In this document: positions 26,050-40,529 of the stretch, one piece after another | Numbering within the stretch: the stretch's first letter is position 1 | Layout: each line of letters opens with the position of its first letter | The notes under the pieces: model-generated | The model's database searches: none | The model's input: only the letters and a program-made list of their open reading frames with translations | Told to the model about the DNA's origin: nothing | Assembly: GCF_009914755.1 (NCBI RefSeq) | Contig: NC_060940.1 | Direction: 5' to 3' (one strand) | DNA: 64,000 nt | Source: the human T2T-CHM13v2.0 reference genome, Homo sapiens | Program-made: the position numbers and the translations under genes

Positions 26050-26760
26050 GCATTATAAAGGCTTAACTTTCTCAGACCAGAAGCAGGGTTCATTCACCCA
26101 GGACACAGTTTCCAGTTCTCTGCCTCCTCCCAGTTCCTCAAAGGGGTGGATCCAGATACCTGCCCTATACATCCACCTCCTGGTGACCACCTCCCTATAA
26201 GATAGCTAAACACAACCTCCTTGCCTCGCCACACTGACCCCCACACCCTGCGTGAACTTTGCAGATGGCATGGCACAGGGATGACCCCACGGAAATCATG
26301 CTTGCTTGCCCCAAACCCACCAATTAGAACACCCCACGGGGTCCAGCATGGTGGCTCATGCGTGCAATCCCAATACTTTGGGAAGTCTAGGCAGGAGGAT
26401 CGCTTGAGGCCAGGAGTTTGAGGCCAGCCTGGGCAACATAGCAAGACTCCATCAGTAAAAAATATTTAAAAATTATTTGGGTGTGGTGGTGTGTACCTGT
26501 AGTCCCAGTTACTTAGGAAGCCGGGATAAGCAGGAGGATTGCTTGAGCCCAGGAGTTTGAGGTTTCAGTGAACTATGATCACTCCAGCTTGGGCAACAGA
26601 GTGAGACCATGTCTCTAAAACATCAAAATTTTTAAAAGTGTTTTAAAGAGCACACCCCACAAGAAACTTGTTTGGAGATCACCCTAGACACCAGTAAAAG
26701 CTTTGGCCCACGGGCCCCTTTATCCTTCTCTTGCTCCCTCCTCTGTCCCAGACATGCATG
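26050..26760 (+). mobile_element. MER74-like ERVL solo LTR, split by an AluJ
   Basis: AAACCCACCAATTAGAACACCCCAC|Alu|...AAACTTGTTTGGAGATCACCCTAGACACCAGTAAAAGCTTTGGCCCACGGGCCC. Confidence 0.6.
26340..26640 (+). mobile_element. AluJ (Jo/Jr-like)
   Basis: GGAGGATCGCTTGAGGCCAGGAG...CTGGGCAACATAGCAAGAC; TSD core ACACCCCAC on both sides. Confidence 0.94.
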
Positions 26761-27709
26761 TTCTGCCAAGAGGAGAGAGGGAGCAGCTGGAATTCACCAC
26801 CTTCCTTGCAGGGTTCCTGAGCATTACCATAGCACAACGCTCCCCTCAGCCAGAACCCAGGCAGAAGGACTGGAGTTCAGAAAACAATGGTCTGTTTGAC
26901 TGGCTTTGAGTTTCTGGGTATTTGCAGGTCAGGCAGCCTGGGTATTAATAAGTGATGGGGTTGTGGACCTACAGAAAGATGTGCAGGCCTGAGGGTGAGT
27001 GCAGTGGGAGGAACAATACCTGTACCCCCAGCGCCCTGCATGGTGCCAGCAGAGGGGAGTGTCACCCACTCTGCTTCCCATTTGCCCTGTGACTTTAGAC
27101 AAGCCCCACCCCCACCCCGGTCCCTGGGCCATCATCTCTCCATCTATGACAGGAGGGGTGTGAACTGGGTGATCCTTAAGGAGTCTCCTTTCTCTAACAT
27201 TGGGTGGCTCTAGATTCCCAATCAGGCCTGTGGCCAGCAAGGCTGACCCTGGGAGGCATTCAGGGCTGAGACAACCAGAGTCAACAGCTCAGGGAGAGCA
27301 AATCCCAGGGCCCCCCAAACACAGGCAAGAGAGGCAAGACAGGAATGCACTATCCAAATATTTGAATTGTCTAAAAACAGACCAAAGCAGCCTTCAAAAT
27401 ACATATTTCGCATGCATACCAAACCCACAAAATGCATAGCTCAAAATCCTGAACCACCAGAAACTGAATCAAAAGTGCAGGCCTTAAATGAATACGCTGA
27501 CAGAAACAGGAGCAAGACTTTCGCAAGCAGCCTGTTTTCATCAGAAAACACATAAACAGGTTTGAGGGGAGTAAGAGGATTGAAAAGAGGTCAGGGGCTC
27601 TGGAATCTTCTCAATGACAGCACTGCCCAAGAATCTTCCAAAACTCCCTCTCAACTGCCTGGGAAGAGAGAGACCCCTTAACCAGAGCAGAGTGATTTGT
27701 ATGTGTTAT

Positions 27710-27860
27710 TTGTGTTATTGGCTTTCACAGTAACCCCCTGTGGCAGGCTGAGGAAGCTGGACTCTAAGAAAGTCACTTGTTCAGTGCCAGGAAGCTACAA
27801 AATAGCTGAGATAGGATTCAAAATCAGGACTGTCGAACACCAAACCCCAAGCTCTTTGCC
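27710..27860 (-). mobile_element. MIR fragment
   Basis: TCACAGTAACCCCCTGTG...GAGATAGGATTCAAAATCAGG. Confidence 0.6.
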
Positions 27861-28670
27861 CCTAGGCAAACTGTGAAGATGAATTTGGATGATGTTGCCT
27901 ATAGTAGGCCAACCTAGGTCATTGATAGAAAGTTCCAGAAGTTCTGTGCACATGCCTAACTATTACAATGGTCACTGTAAAAAGAAATTATAGTGCTGAT
28001 CTAAAAAAAACAAACGCTCAGAATTCTGTTAAGTCTAAAACAGGGATGGAAGGGCCAAGTATGGCATAGGTTTATCCTGCAGGCATCTCCAAGGCCAAGA
28101 ATAGGCACTGGCTTGCTCACAGGAAGAACTTTGTGTTGGTCACAGATGAAGGTAGAACGGGCTGTCCCAGAGGTACTGAGCTTCCCCTCACAAGAGGTGT
28201 TCAAACAGTAGGTCTTTCCAAAATGCAGGCTTGACAGCATCAGCTTCCTCCTTGGTGTTTCAGGCCCTCCCAGTCTGGCCTCTACCCCTTCCCCAGCCTC
28301 ACACACAAACTCCTTTACCACTGGCCTCTTCGGTACACACCAGAACTTCTCACCAAGATCAGGCCTCTCTTCATCCACTCTGCACCCCCTGCTGAAATGT
28401 CCGTGTGCCCTTTCCACACCTACAGCCTCCAACCCGTTTTAAGGATCTGCTCCAATGCCTCTCCTCCAGCCACACACCAAGCAGGCTTGGGGACATTTCT
28501 TTGGCATTCTTATGTCATCAACCATGTATTTACCTCTTTCCCCATCACTCTTTGGTCATCATCTACTAGCAATGACTTTGTTCCCCCCATTAACAAGCAC
28601 CATGCTTGCTCTAGGTAGACCCTCATTAATACCTTTGCATGAAAGTAACTGGCTCATGTGGTTTGCACTC

Positions 28671-28968
<298 letters not shown>

Positions 28969-31074
28969 GGTTTGCACTCTTAAGCCAAGCTTGAGGCCTT
29001 CCCATCTTCCCAGAGAGGAAAGTCACATATAGGTATGTGTGTATATATGCACATGGATGTATGGCACATAGAATGCCCTGCCCCAGCCACCTTGAAAGCT
29101 CCAGGCTAGAAGGGGGAAAGCTCCCCACTCTGCCAGGAAGCTTGTGGTTGGCAGCTAATCAGGTCATCTTTGAAGTTAAGACCATAATGATAAAAAAAAA
29201 AAAAAAACCCCTCAAGGAAGAAATAATCAGGAAGCTCAACAGGGGCATCTGGGCTCAGAAATCGCAAAAGTCAGTGATATTTTTAAAATAAGAATACTTT
29301 CCAGATTCTCAAGGGACGCACTGAGGTCTTCTGGTATCTAACCATTTGCACCGCCTCCCTCGTCGAGATTAAAATGCTTCCTCCCAGCCTCTGAATCTCT
29401 GCTGTTCGCACACTGAAGATAATCCTCTGGCATGTGGCTGCGTGGGCCAGATGGTTAGCAATTCTTCAGGCAGGATACAGTTCCGCAGAATGGGAATGTA
29501 GAGGGCTGGCTCTAGGTGGAGAATCCATTGATGGACAATAGCAACAGGCCCCTCTCTTCCAAGGAATTGTGCTGGAGAGCTGCTCAGTCCCCCAAGACAA
29601 GCCAAGTTTGGTCAAACGTCTCCCATCAAGTCATCCTGTGGAAACCCCAGTGAGCTTTGACGGGGACAGGGAACACTATCAAAGATGACCTTCAGTGGAC
29701 ACCAATGGTTCAATCATAATTAAAGCCTCATTGTTTGCAGATGGCCTTTACACACGCCCTTTCACCCCTGCCCTTTTGGTTAGTCCCCCAGTATGCGATG
29801 AAGGAGATGATATTGGTTTCTCCCTATTACATATGGATCTGAATCCCAAGGAGGGGAAATGACCTTCCCAGACTGCATGCCCTGTGTTTTCTAACCCAGA
29901 GCTCTCCCTGCAGTCTCTGAAGAGTTCCACCAATGGCACCCTTTTCTTCCCTACGTACAATACCTAGTACAGAGCCCTAGCATAGGAAGAACTCAGTAAA
30001 TGTTTAACTGGGCTCTACTCGATGATACCCCTGCAGGAAAACAAAGAAAACATAACTCCTGGTATTGATGCTAATGAGTTTTAGGGGTCACAGGAGAAGG
30101 CATTCGGATGGGGGGAGACAGCCCCACTTCTGGTCCTGCACCGGTATTTGAATATCTCACGAACAGAGCCAACTGCACTCTCTTGGCCTCAGAACGATCC
30201 AACTTTTACCCTGAAGATCACACAGCTGCCAAATGGCAGCAGCAGGTTTTGAATCCAGGCAGTCTGACTTCAAAGCACCCACATCACCTCCCAAAGGAAG
30301 TTTGACTTAGTGCCCATCCTACCCCTCCCTACACCAATGTTCTTCTTCAGTGTCCCTTTTTACCCCTTTCAGTTCTCTCTCTCGGCTTTTAGGCATTTTC
30401 ATCTTGCTGTTCATCTCCACCAAAGCAGTGGGTTTTTCAGTGCAGGGTTGAATAACTTTACATCTGTCACTTATACCTTAATATAAGTGAGTGTGAGTCA
30501 AAACATTAGCTCGTTCAACGGTGCCTGGGTTTCCAGTCTTCTTTCTCTCTAGTAAAGGGATCCAGAGATTACTGAGGGGGTGGTTATTCAGTGCACGGTC
30601 CCTTCTCTATGATTTCACCCAGGTGGCCCTGCACAGGGAGGCTGCTAGTGGATTTGGCTGAGAGCAAGCAGAGGGGAATTTTCACCAGGGCTGCCTCCAG
30701 GAAGGGCAGTTTTCAAATCCTCCTGGGCAGAGATCATTGGAAGTCACTTGGAAGGTCACACAGCAAGAAGCACAGACAGCCTACTCTTTGCAGAGAAATA
30801 GATGGGGGGACGTTCAGGCATAGGACCAGCCGATTCCAAAGAGGAAATGCACAGCTGCAGTCTGGTCTCCGATCTGTGCAACCACCCACCCACATCCCAA
30901 CTCTTCCATTCTGGGGGAGGAGGGTGCCTGCAAGTTTCAATCACGCCATTCGACAAAAACTTCCTGGATAAAGAACTGAATAAGCTCCTCTGTTTCTGCT
31001 CTTCTCCTTCTTCACATTACAAACAAGATGGCCATTTATCACCCATTGTCTTGCCATGTCAGGGTCACCCACAT

Positions 31075-31409
31075 GTATCTGTCAGGATAGGCCAAGTGGT
31101 GCTGCTGTAACAGCTGACCCCTGATCTCAGTGGCTCAACCCAACCGAAGGATTTATCTATCACTTGTGCAGTGTGCTCAGAGCTGGAATTCTCCCATCAC
31201 AGTCACTGTGGCAGGAGAAAGGAAGGTAACAAATCACATGCTAGGCCCTAGAGTCTCTAGGCAGAGGGACACACATCCTCCTTACGTTTCATTGACCCCA
31301 AGCAAGTCAGAGGCCAAAACTAACTTCAATAGGGCAGAGAGATGCAATCCTTCCATTTGCCCAGAAGCAAACAAGAAATAGTTCGTGAATAGCACAAATG
31401 ACCACCACA
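31075..31409 (-). mobile_element. Old MLT1 (J-like) solo LTR
   Basis: TGTCAGGATAGGCCAAGTGGTGCTGCTGTAACA...TCTCAGTGGCTCAAC...TTCATTGACCCCAAGCAAGTCA...AATGACCACCACA. Confidence 0.75.
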
Positions 31410-31429
31410 CCATAATAGTAAAAGCAGTA

Positions 31430-31640
31430 ACAATGATCAAATATTAAAAGAAGCTAACATTTAATTGGCATTTATCATATACCAGGCATTGGGCTAAGTG
31501 CCTTATATCCAGTTTTACAGATGAGGAAAGACAGGCCCTGAATTCAAGGGACTTGCCCAAGGTCTTGTCAATGGTACACAATGGATCTGGGACTCATACT
31601 CAGGACTCTAAGGCTCCAAGGACCATGACTTTCAACACCT
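31430..31640 (-). mobile_element. MIR
   Basis: CCAGGCATTGGGCTAAGTGC...CAGTTTTACAGATGAGGAAA...GACTTGCCCAAGGTC. Confidence 0.85.
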
Positions 31641-32219
31641 ATCACCCGCTTCTATATAGTCAGAAGCATTGCTTTCTTGTCCTATCCCCAAGCCATAGAG
31701 CTCCATTGTATTCAGCAGGTGGCCTCCAGGTCAAACAGATTCAAATTTGTCTATCATCCTACCAGCAAGCCCATGGCACCCAGTAGTGTAATTGTTATCT
31801 TACCTAATTCTCAAAATGCACCTGACAAGTAGATCTCACTCTCTCCCTTTTGCAGTTGAGTAACTTGAGACACACAACTAAATAGAGCAGCATTTTCCAT
31901 CCAGATCTGGCTGACTCTGAGGATTTTAATGATCGAGGAAGACTTTTTCATGGGGAAGTCAGCCTCAGTGTGTGTACAACTGGAGAGGGATGGCCAGGGA
32001 GGGAGACTGTGACGGGTTCCTGAACTCAGATAAATATGAACACACTTCTTGAGATTGGCCCCTTCCTTTCCTTTCCCAGAGTCAGATGGAGTGGATCCTA
32101 CACCTGGTGGCCTCTGACAGATTAAGAAAAGCTCCCACTAAAGACTCTTCCTCATGGGAAGACCTCTAGGAGACCTCTTGGGGAGACAAAACATTAATTC
32201 ATTAAGTTGCTGCCAAACA

Positions 32220-32410
32220 GGGCAATGCAATGAAAGCACATGGCTTTAGGGCTCAGTGCAGATATCATCATCTCAAGCACTTGGATGCTGTGTGACTCGA
32301 GCGAGTCACTTAACCCCTCTGAGCTCTGATTTCCACAAAATGACAGAGTTGGGCTGGATCTTCCTGAGGGTTTCTTCCCTGGCCACGTTTCAGAAATGAA
32401 TGATTTTCTG
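32220..32410 (+). mobile_element. MIR fragment
   Basis: CTGTGTGACTCGAGCGAGTCACTTAACCCCTCTGAGCTCTGATTTCC. Confidence 0.75.
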
Positions 32411-32436
32411 CCGAATTCAAGCAAAGGCCTTGGGGC

Positions 32437-32460
32437 AAAAAAAAAAAAAAAAAAAAAAAA
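32437..32460. repeat. A24 mononucleotide run
   Basis: Seen directly. Confidence 0.95.
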
Positions 32461-32972
32461 TGGTGAGTGGAAGAGTTAGTAAATGAGACCCCACAGGAAG
32501 GTGGATGGCACTTAAAAGCGATGCATGATCTCTATGTGCTGGGAGCAGTGCTGAGCGCTTGCTGCATACGATTCCCCCTACCATCCCTGGAGAAGAGCTC
32601 TTGTCACCACTGTTCATGAGGGAGGAAGTGATAGAGGCAGGACTGGTCTCCAGGCCTGCAAAAGCCCAAGTATGTGTGTTGGGACATTCACAGTGGATAC
32701 CCTAGCATGGATACAGAGGAACAACAGTGTAAGGATTTTTTTTCCCACTTCTGTTTGATTTTTATTACAAATACAAAAATAGCACAAACTCATACCAAAT
32801 TCAAACAATACAGAAAGGAACAAAATATAAGTGAACTTCCCATCCCCTCCCTGCCAATTCTCCTCCAAACAATAGTAAACTCTATTAACGTTTTCGTGGG
32901 CTTCTTCCAAATTTTTTCTGTTTCCACATAGAATTTTACAAAGTAGGATTCATTCACCAAACATTTATTTAT

Positions 32973-33744
<772 letters not shown>

Positions 33745-36315
33745 TTATAGAGCACCTCCTGGGGTCAGGCAGCTTCTGTACCAAGTGCAGAGAATATTGG
33801 TGTGGACAGGATACATGGACCCTGCTCCGGGGATATCAGGAAGGCCCTGCAACTTACTTTATCCCCACACAGCAATACACCACACACCATCCTCCAAAAC
33901 ACCACCTACAGATGAATCATACTTTTTAAAATGAAAAACTGTGTGGCATTTTTAAGTATATTGTTCTTGATTCAACCAATGTCCTATGGATGAATGTTTA
34001 GATTATTTCCAATTTTTTGCTGGTACAAAAAAATCTATTCCTATCCATATCTTTAATGCACTCACACTAGCATCTGAATGAATTTTACAGATTCCTCATA
34101 TGTAAAAATTGTTTCTGGGAAATGGCAAAGTACTATCCAAAAAGATAGGGCCAATTTATTCTCCCATTGATAGCATACAAAAATGCCATTTTTCAACACC
34201 CTTGACAGCACTGGGTATTATTGATCTTTTTGATTTTGCCAATCGGTTGGGAAAAATTCAGTTTTGTTTTAATGTTAAGAGTTCTTTAATACCAGGCTCA
34301 GTCTTCTCATGGTGAGAAGCAGGAGGAGGTGAAGTTTTAGAGTGGGGTTGACAGGTTTCAAGCAGGATCTGGGGGCACACCCTACCCCCTTGGGGACTAG
34401 GCAGGAAAACTGGCCGTAGGTTCTCCCTTTCCTTCTCTACAGAGCTGAACTCTCAATAGAAAGGCCACGTCCTGACCTTGAAAATTCCCCTTGAGTCATC
34501 CTTTTTGATTTCCCATTAATGGGCACATTATCTGCTAATCAGGATAAATGGCTCCACCCAGAGTGGTAGAGAGGAAAGCACAGCTGGAAGGGGAAACAGG
34601 TCCAGACAGAGATGCTCATCGCGACCAAGAGCTGGCACTGCTGACTTGTGGCTTCCATCTCCTGATGCCCGTAAACCCCAAAACCAGCTCCCTGGTTCCC
34701 CAAAGGACCCACACACCAAGTGTGCAGCTGGCACTTCTGTTTCCCCAAAACACCAGCAGCTTTACGAACACTGCCTACATTGTTGGTGCTCGATCAATAG
34801 TTACTAGAATGGCCTGATTACTGACAAGTGTTAATAATACCTGGAATTCACAAATGGTGGCTTGGCCTTTGAAAAGAATCACCCTCCCCAAGGGATAACC
34901 TGACGTCCTGCTCAGAAGGGAAGAAAAATCGGTGTTGACAGGAGTATTTCCAATAACTACAGCAATAGGGGTCAGGGTGAGGAGGCAGCCTGGAGCAAGT
35001 GAGACTGTAAGTGGGACCAGGAAATGGGGAAGATTTAGACAAAAGGAGCAGGCATGCTGGGCAGGGGAAGACCATGGGCAAAGATAAAATTCTTACAATA
35101 GTGCCAGGCCGTGCGCAGTGCAACATTGCAGTATGCTAGAGCCATCTCCCACCACTCAAGGAGAACTATTTTTAAATATTCGAAAATGTTACCTGTAGAT
35201 AAGTGTGCATTCGTTATAGGAAGCTACGAAATGGTTTCAGCTGGAGGATGTGGTCAGATTTGCACTTGCAAAGGGGTCTCTCCTGGGCCAGTGTGGTGGG
35301 GAATGGACAGTTTGGGACAGGAGGGGACAAAGGAACACAGCAAGGAGACTCCTACTGTTGCCCGGGCAAGGGTTGATGGGGGCCAGGACTAAGGAGTGAC
35401 GTGAAAAGGAGTGAAGGGAACAGATTCTATTGCAAATTCGAACTGAGGACCTGGTGGCTGCTGGGATGTGGGACATGGGGATGGAGGCAGCTGAGGCCAA
35501 TTGAGCTGAAAATGAGGAAAAGCCTTTCTCAATCTGGGCCAATGTCCAGCCTTCTCCACCTGCACCCCCACCTCTCCAAAGGAGAAAGAAGATATTTGGA
35601 GTTGTTTCTAGAAGAATCCTAGGGGCTGGTCTGGTGCAGGCTGGCCAGAAAAGGGAGAGATCCTTACACCTAGCCTCAAGGGAAGCACTTTCTCCTGGTC
35701 ACCCTCCTCTACCATCTTGTCTTCCTACTCCTCCTCCCTTCCTGCTTTCCTGCTTCTCACCCTTCTAACAAAACCCTTGTAAATTTGAGGCATAAATATT
35801 CACATGGCCCCAGCCAGGAGCAAATAGATGCCTCTCACAGCTAATCCAGCCCAGCCTCTGCATCTCTGCTTGGAGTCCTCAGCCCCACCAACGCAAATGC
35901 TCGAGGTTTATGATCAGCACCTGCCTTTAAATCTTCGCCAGATATATCCCTGAAATACTCCTCTCCCTGTGCTGTCTGCCTTAGGGCATAAAATATGGGA
36001 AAGTTTAGAGAAAAGGAATGGGCTGGTTGTAGAGAAAGAGCACTGGACTCCAGCCAGACTGACCTGGAGGCAAAGCTTGGCTCTGTCCCTGCAGCCCCTC
36101 AGAGCTTCAGTGTCCTTATCTGGAAGGCAGAGCTGCATGCTCCAGCTCAGAGGGTCTTTGTGGCAATGGAATGAGGAGTGGAGGGATGAGCCTGCACTCA
36201 GACTCCCCGACAACAGTGGGCTCTCACTCTGGGTAGTTGGTAAGGGGAAAAGAAGGTGGATTCTGGAGACACATGGGCCTGGGGTCTGATGAGCTCTTTC
36301 CTGCTGGCTCTGTGC

Positions 36316-36803
36316 TGCCATAATCATGCCAGACCAATCCACCTCAACTTTTATGTAACAAGGTTGTGAGTTGTTTTTCAGTTGCCATGGACCCCTCGAG
36401 TTGAAGGTCACGTAACCTTCAACTTCTGAGCATGCCCAGAAGAACCAAGTGTGCAGCCACAGGTGGAACCTAAGTGCTCAGACCAAGGAGCGGGGACTAA
36501 ATTAAGAAGCGGACGTGACATGGCAGGATCTGGGATCCAATCAGATCGAGCCCTGGTGCCACCCCATGGCGGGATCCAGTCAGACCATGCCTCCTGGCAT
36601 CACCTCATTGCACGATCCAATCAGATTACACCTCATTGCCCTGTGCCTGTAAAACCTGCCACAGTCTCCAGCTTGAGGAGACAAATTTGAGCTTTTCCTC
36701 CTGTCTCCTTGCCAGTCAACTTACAATAAAGCTTTTGTTTTCTCAAAAGCTGGTACCACAGTATTGGCTTCTTTGCACATTGAGCATAGATTACTAGGTA
36801 ATA
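36316..36803 (+). mobile_element. Solo LTR (LTR47-like) inserted in a MIR
   Basis: CAACTTTTATGTAACAAGGTTGTGAGTTGTTTTTCAGTTGCCATGGACC, three GATCCAATCAGA-type repeats, AATAAA, ends GGTAATA; CTGTG on both flanks. Confidence 0.75.
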
Positions 36804-37549
36804 CTGTGTGCCTCTGGGCCATTTACCTAACCTCTCTGGACTTCAATCTCCACCTCTGGGTTATTATCTTAGACTGGCCAACTAGCCTCTATGCCTCAAT
36901 GGCCTTATCTGTAAAATAGGGCAATGCTGTCTGCTCACTGCAGAGTTTAGGTGAGACCCAGCCTCACATAAAAGTACCTTGGGAAGACCTCACACTGCAC
37001 AAATGCAAGGTATGAAAAAAAAAACTTCTAAATATTTTGGCTGAAGGAGGAAGTGTCTGTGAAACATAGAAAATGTTATTTGCTACTGTTTCCAACCCCA
37101 GAGAGCTAACACTTGCAAGGCTCATCATGTCGGATCCTGAACACATATCTGTTAAATCACTACCGTGCACCAGGCATTTTGCCAGCCAAGAGCTATATTA
37201 GACATGAATGCAAGGTCCCTGGGGTGAAGAGGACCCCACGCCCTCATGGGCCACACAGACAAGTCGACAGGTTATGCCAACAAGCAAGTTGGCCAGAAGA
37301 CAGAGCCAGCTGCCTTAGGAGCACAGAGAAGGGCAACTACCCAGGAATGATTGAGCTAGTAATTTGCACACTGGGAGAAGCTGGCATTCCAGGCAGAAGG
37401 AACAGCATATGTGCCCTGGTTTGGGACTCTGAGATAGGAAGTTGGGTGTGAGTGAATATTTGGGAAGCGATTCCAGGAAGCTGACAAGGGACTGGGGAAA
37501 CAAGACGAGGAAGAGAGGAAAGGAATGAATGCATGAATGAGTGGGTCAC

Positions 37550-37885
37550 TATAGGGGGTCGTGGATTGTGTCCTGGACACAATCCCCATTGGGGCTCTCT
37601 GAAAAACTGTACAGAACATACATCAGAATTCTCCTGTTGAGGCTGTCAGAAGCCAGATATTTGTTCTCCAATTTCTCTTCCTCGTTGGTTAAGGGTGGCT
37701 CCTGAGGCATCTCCCACCTCCACCTGGGCACAGCATCCTCCTGAGACCAGAGAAAGTCCTCAGGCAGAGAGGTGCTGGTTCTTTGAGGCCTGAAACCATT
37801 TGAGATACAGGAATTATCTATCAAAGATGTAGGTGCCTGGGATAAACTATGAGAATCAGGTGGGGTGTTGACAGTGGCTATGACA
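37550..37885 (-). mobile_element. LTR16-like ERVL fragment within L2 remnants
   Basis: CCTCGTTGGTTAAGGGTGGCTCCTGAGG...CCAGAGAAAGTCCTCAGGCAGAGAG; L2-like flanks at ~37130-37480 and ~37930-38150. Confidence 0.5.
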
Positions 37886-40529
37886 ATAGGTAGATACGCA
37901 GAGCAGTGAGTGATCCCCTCAGGGAACTCCAAGCTAGACCCGAGGATGGAGGAGGTGAGAAAAGAGAAAGCATTTTAGAGATTCCAGAAGGCTTTGCTTA
38001 ATGCATTAAGGAGTCTGGACTCTCTCCTAGAAGTATTTGGGAGCCATGGGAGGAATTGGAGGGAGAGAGAGTGGTAGGGTCAGATCAGTGATTTACACAG
38101 ACCACTCTGCTGCCTTCTGGGAAACAGATTGTAGCCGGAAAGACTGTAGCCACAGGACCAGCGTGGGAGGGAGAAGGAGAATGTTTGAAGAATTAAATCC
38201 AGAGAGGATGAAACGCTTCCCCAATCATCCACTCCCTGTACCTGAATGAAGACGTTTCTAGCCCCTCCCTCCTGGTTCCCATACCCCCAACTTGGCCCCA
38301 CCCTTCTGTGGTCACAGCCCACCTCAGCAGCCCTAAGCTGACTCTGGGTCCACCAAGCAGCAGCCTTCCCTGCGCCAGCCCACTTGTGATGCCGTTTTTA
38401 CACCTGGGGCCCTGCCTCAGTTTCCCTGACCAGACTCCAGATCCTAAGTAGTACAAGAGCCCATCACTGACCCCTATCTCCAAGCCTGGTCCTAATGCCT
38501 GGTCAAGCTCTTACCACACTTGCTGTCCAAGGAGCTGGGTCCTTCCAGAAATAGGAATCAGGTCCTTCCTCATTTGCATCCATACCCCTGGGTTTGCTGT
38601 GCCCCTCGCCTTCAGCTGAGGGGGCATTTTGATGTCTGCATTTCAGGCTAAGGTGCAGGCCCTTGGCTTGTGTTGTCTCCCCTCACAGCTCCTCAAATGG
38701 GGCAGGGGGAAGGAGGGCATTACCCAAATGAGGACTCAAGGTGCCAAGAGGAGAGGTGAGCTGGTCACAAGTGTAGGTGAGGTTCCAACTCAGTTGTAGG
38801 TACTTCTACTGCCCCAAATCAGGAGTGTAGTAAGCTCCCACTTACTAGAATGCCTCTAGGCAAGGAACTCCACTGCAAAGAGCATGGACTCTTTCTTGGG
38901 GTCACCAGCATTAATGATCTGAGCCCCTCCCAAGTGCCAGATGCTGTGACTCCTTAGAAAGCTGAAGCTCCCACTTTTGTCCCTTTTCACACGCAGTCAC
39001 AAAGCACCATGTGCTTTGTGTGTGGCCAGCAAATGTTGTAAGAGGGAGAACTGGCCTGGCAAAGGCAGATTTAGGGGGCTGACCTGACCAATGATGCCAC
39101 ACTAGCTGGGAGCCCCCCTCCTGCCTCGATCCAACCCCAGCCTTGATAGTCAGATCAGGTTCCCCGCACCTGCCCAGGGCCCCACCACCCTCCTCCCCTC
39201 CCTGACGGCTCTTGCAGACAGACATGATCCCAGCACCTCCCTGTGTGTCCCGAGAACCCCTCTCTTGGCTGGGGAAAGCAGCCTTGTCATGCCTTTTCTT
39301 TCTTACCATAAAAGTCCTGCCTTTATTTTTATTCTTTAATAAGGTTACAGCAGGACTGGGGGAGGCAGATTTTGGCCTCAGGCTACATCTGCCCTTCATT
39401 TAAAACACCCCAACTCCCACAAGGCTGGAAAACAAGTCTCTGAGCTTCTCTTTTATAGTCTTCGTTAGATCCAAATCCAGAGTTATTTTTGCCAACAGAT
39501 TGTATCAGCCTGGAGCCCAATCGCCTCCAGAAACAGACCCTCTTGCTTAAAAAGCAACACTTACCCACTGCACCCAAACCACCCCATCTCCTGCCCATCC
39601 CAGGCCACCCAGGAGCAGCCCCAACTTGCACACACCACTTAAGAAACCTTTTCTCTCATCCTGGAAGTTTCGGGATTCCTGCACTGCTCCGAAACCCTGC
39701 ATTGTCCACATTTTCTTAATTCTCACAAAGGCATGCAGTTTCAGATTAGAAAAGTTTTTATTTTCTACTACAACTATATGGAAAGGGAGTTCACTGGTTT
39801 TGATTACACTGGGTCATTTGACAAAGAGTGTTTGGACAAAGGCAATGCATGTTTGTGGGGAAAACCCTGTCATTTATAGCAGAATGAGAGAGAATGTAAG
39901 ATAGGACCTTGACTCAACCATGCAGAGGGAGCGCGTCCTCCCCTCTCACCATGCCACTGCACCTTGATGATCTTCTGCTAGATTAATTTTACTGGGCTGG
40001 GCCCAGACTCCAGGGCCAGATTTGCCTGCCTGAGAGGCAAAGCTAAAAACAGCTCCAGCCTCCAAGAGGGGCCAGCTGATGTCTAATTGCTCAGCTCTCT
40101 CCTGTCCTCCCCGCAAGGAAATTAAAGGCTCACTTTGATTTGGAGAGGAGGAAAAAAGAAGGCTGTTTGCAGGTGTTGAGACAAAGTCGTCCAGGCAACC
40201 GCGAGGAATATGCCTCTCCACATATCACTAACACAGGTGCACCTCCCTTTTCCATGGGGCACACACAGCCAGCACAGAAGGAGTTTGTGGGCACAGTGAG
40301 GAGTGTTGCTTGTTTCTGGAGCCCAGAAGCAGACTGGGGTGTTATTAATCCATCCGCATGCCCAGGTCACATAGGAGCCCTGGTCATGGCTGTGAGATTT
40401 CTTGTTATGAAAGCAAGTTAGGTTGGCTAATGGAGTTCCCTAAACCCTTTGTATATTTTATTTGGGCCAGGATGGGAGGAGTAAGCATTAATCATGCACA
40501 TTCATTCATCTCTGTGTTCCTTCAGCCTA

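Noticed and set aside
27046-27062. CTCF-like motif CCAGCAGAGGGGAG (weaker ones near 31712, 41355 and 43268)
   Set aside because: Each has mismatches at high-information positions and cannot be supported without ChIP data.
27367-27555. Hydrophilic 62-aa ORF
   Set aside because: TTG start, no family resemblance and no exon-defining splice signals.
36534-36627. Regularly spaced direct repeats superficially like a CRISPR array
   Set aside because: Eukaryotic LTR-internal repeats with related spacers and no cas genes.
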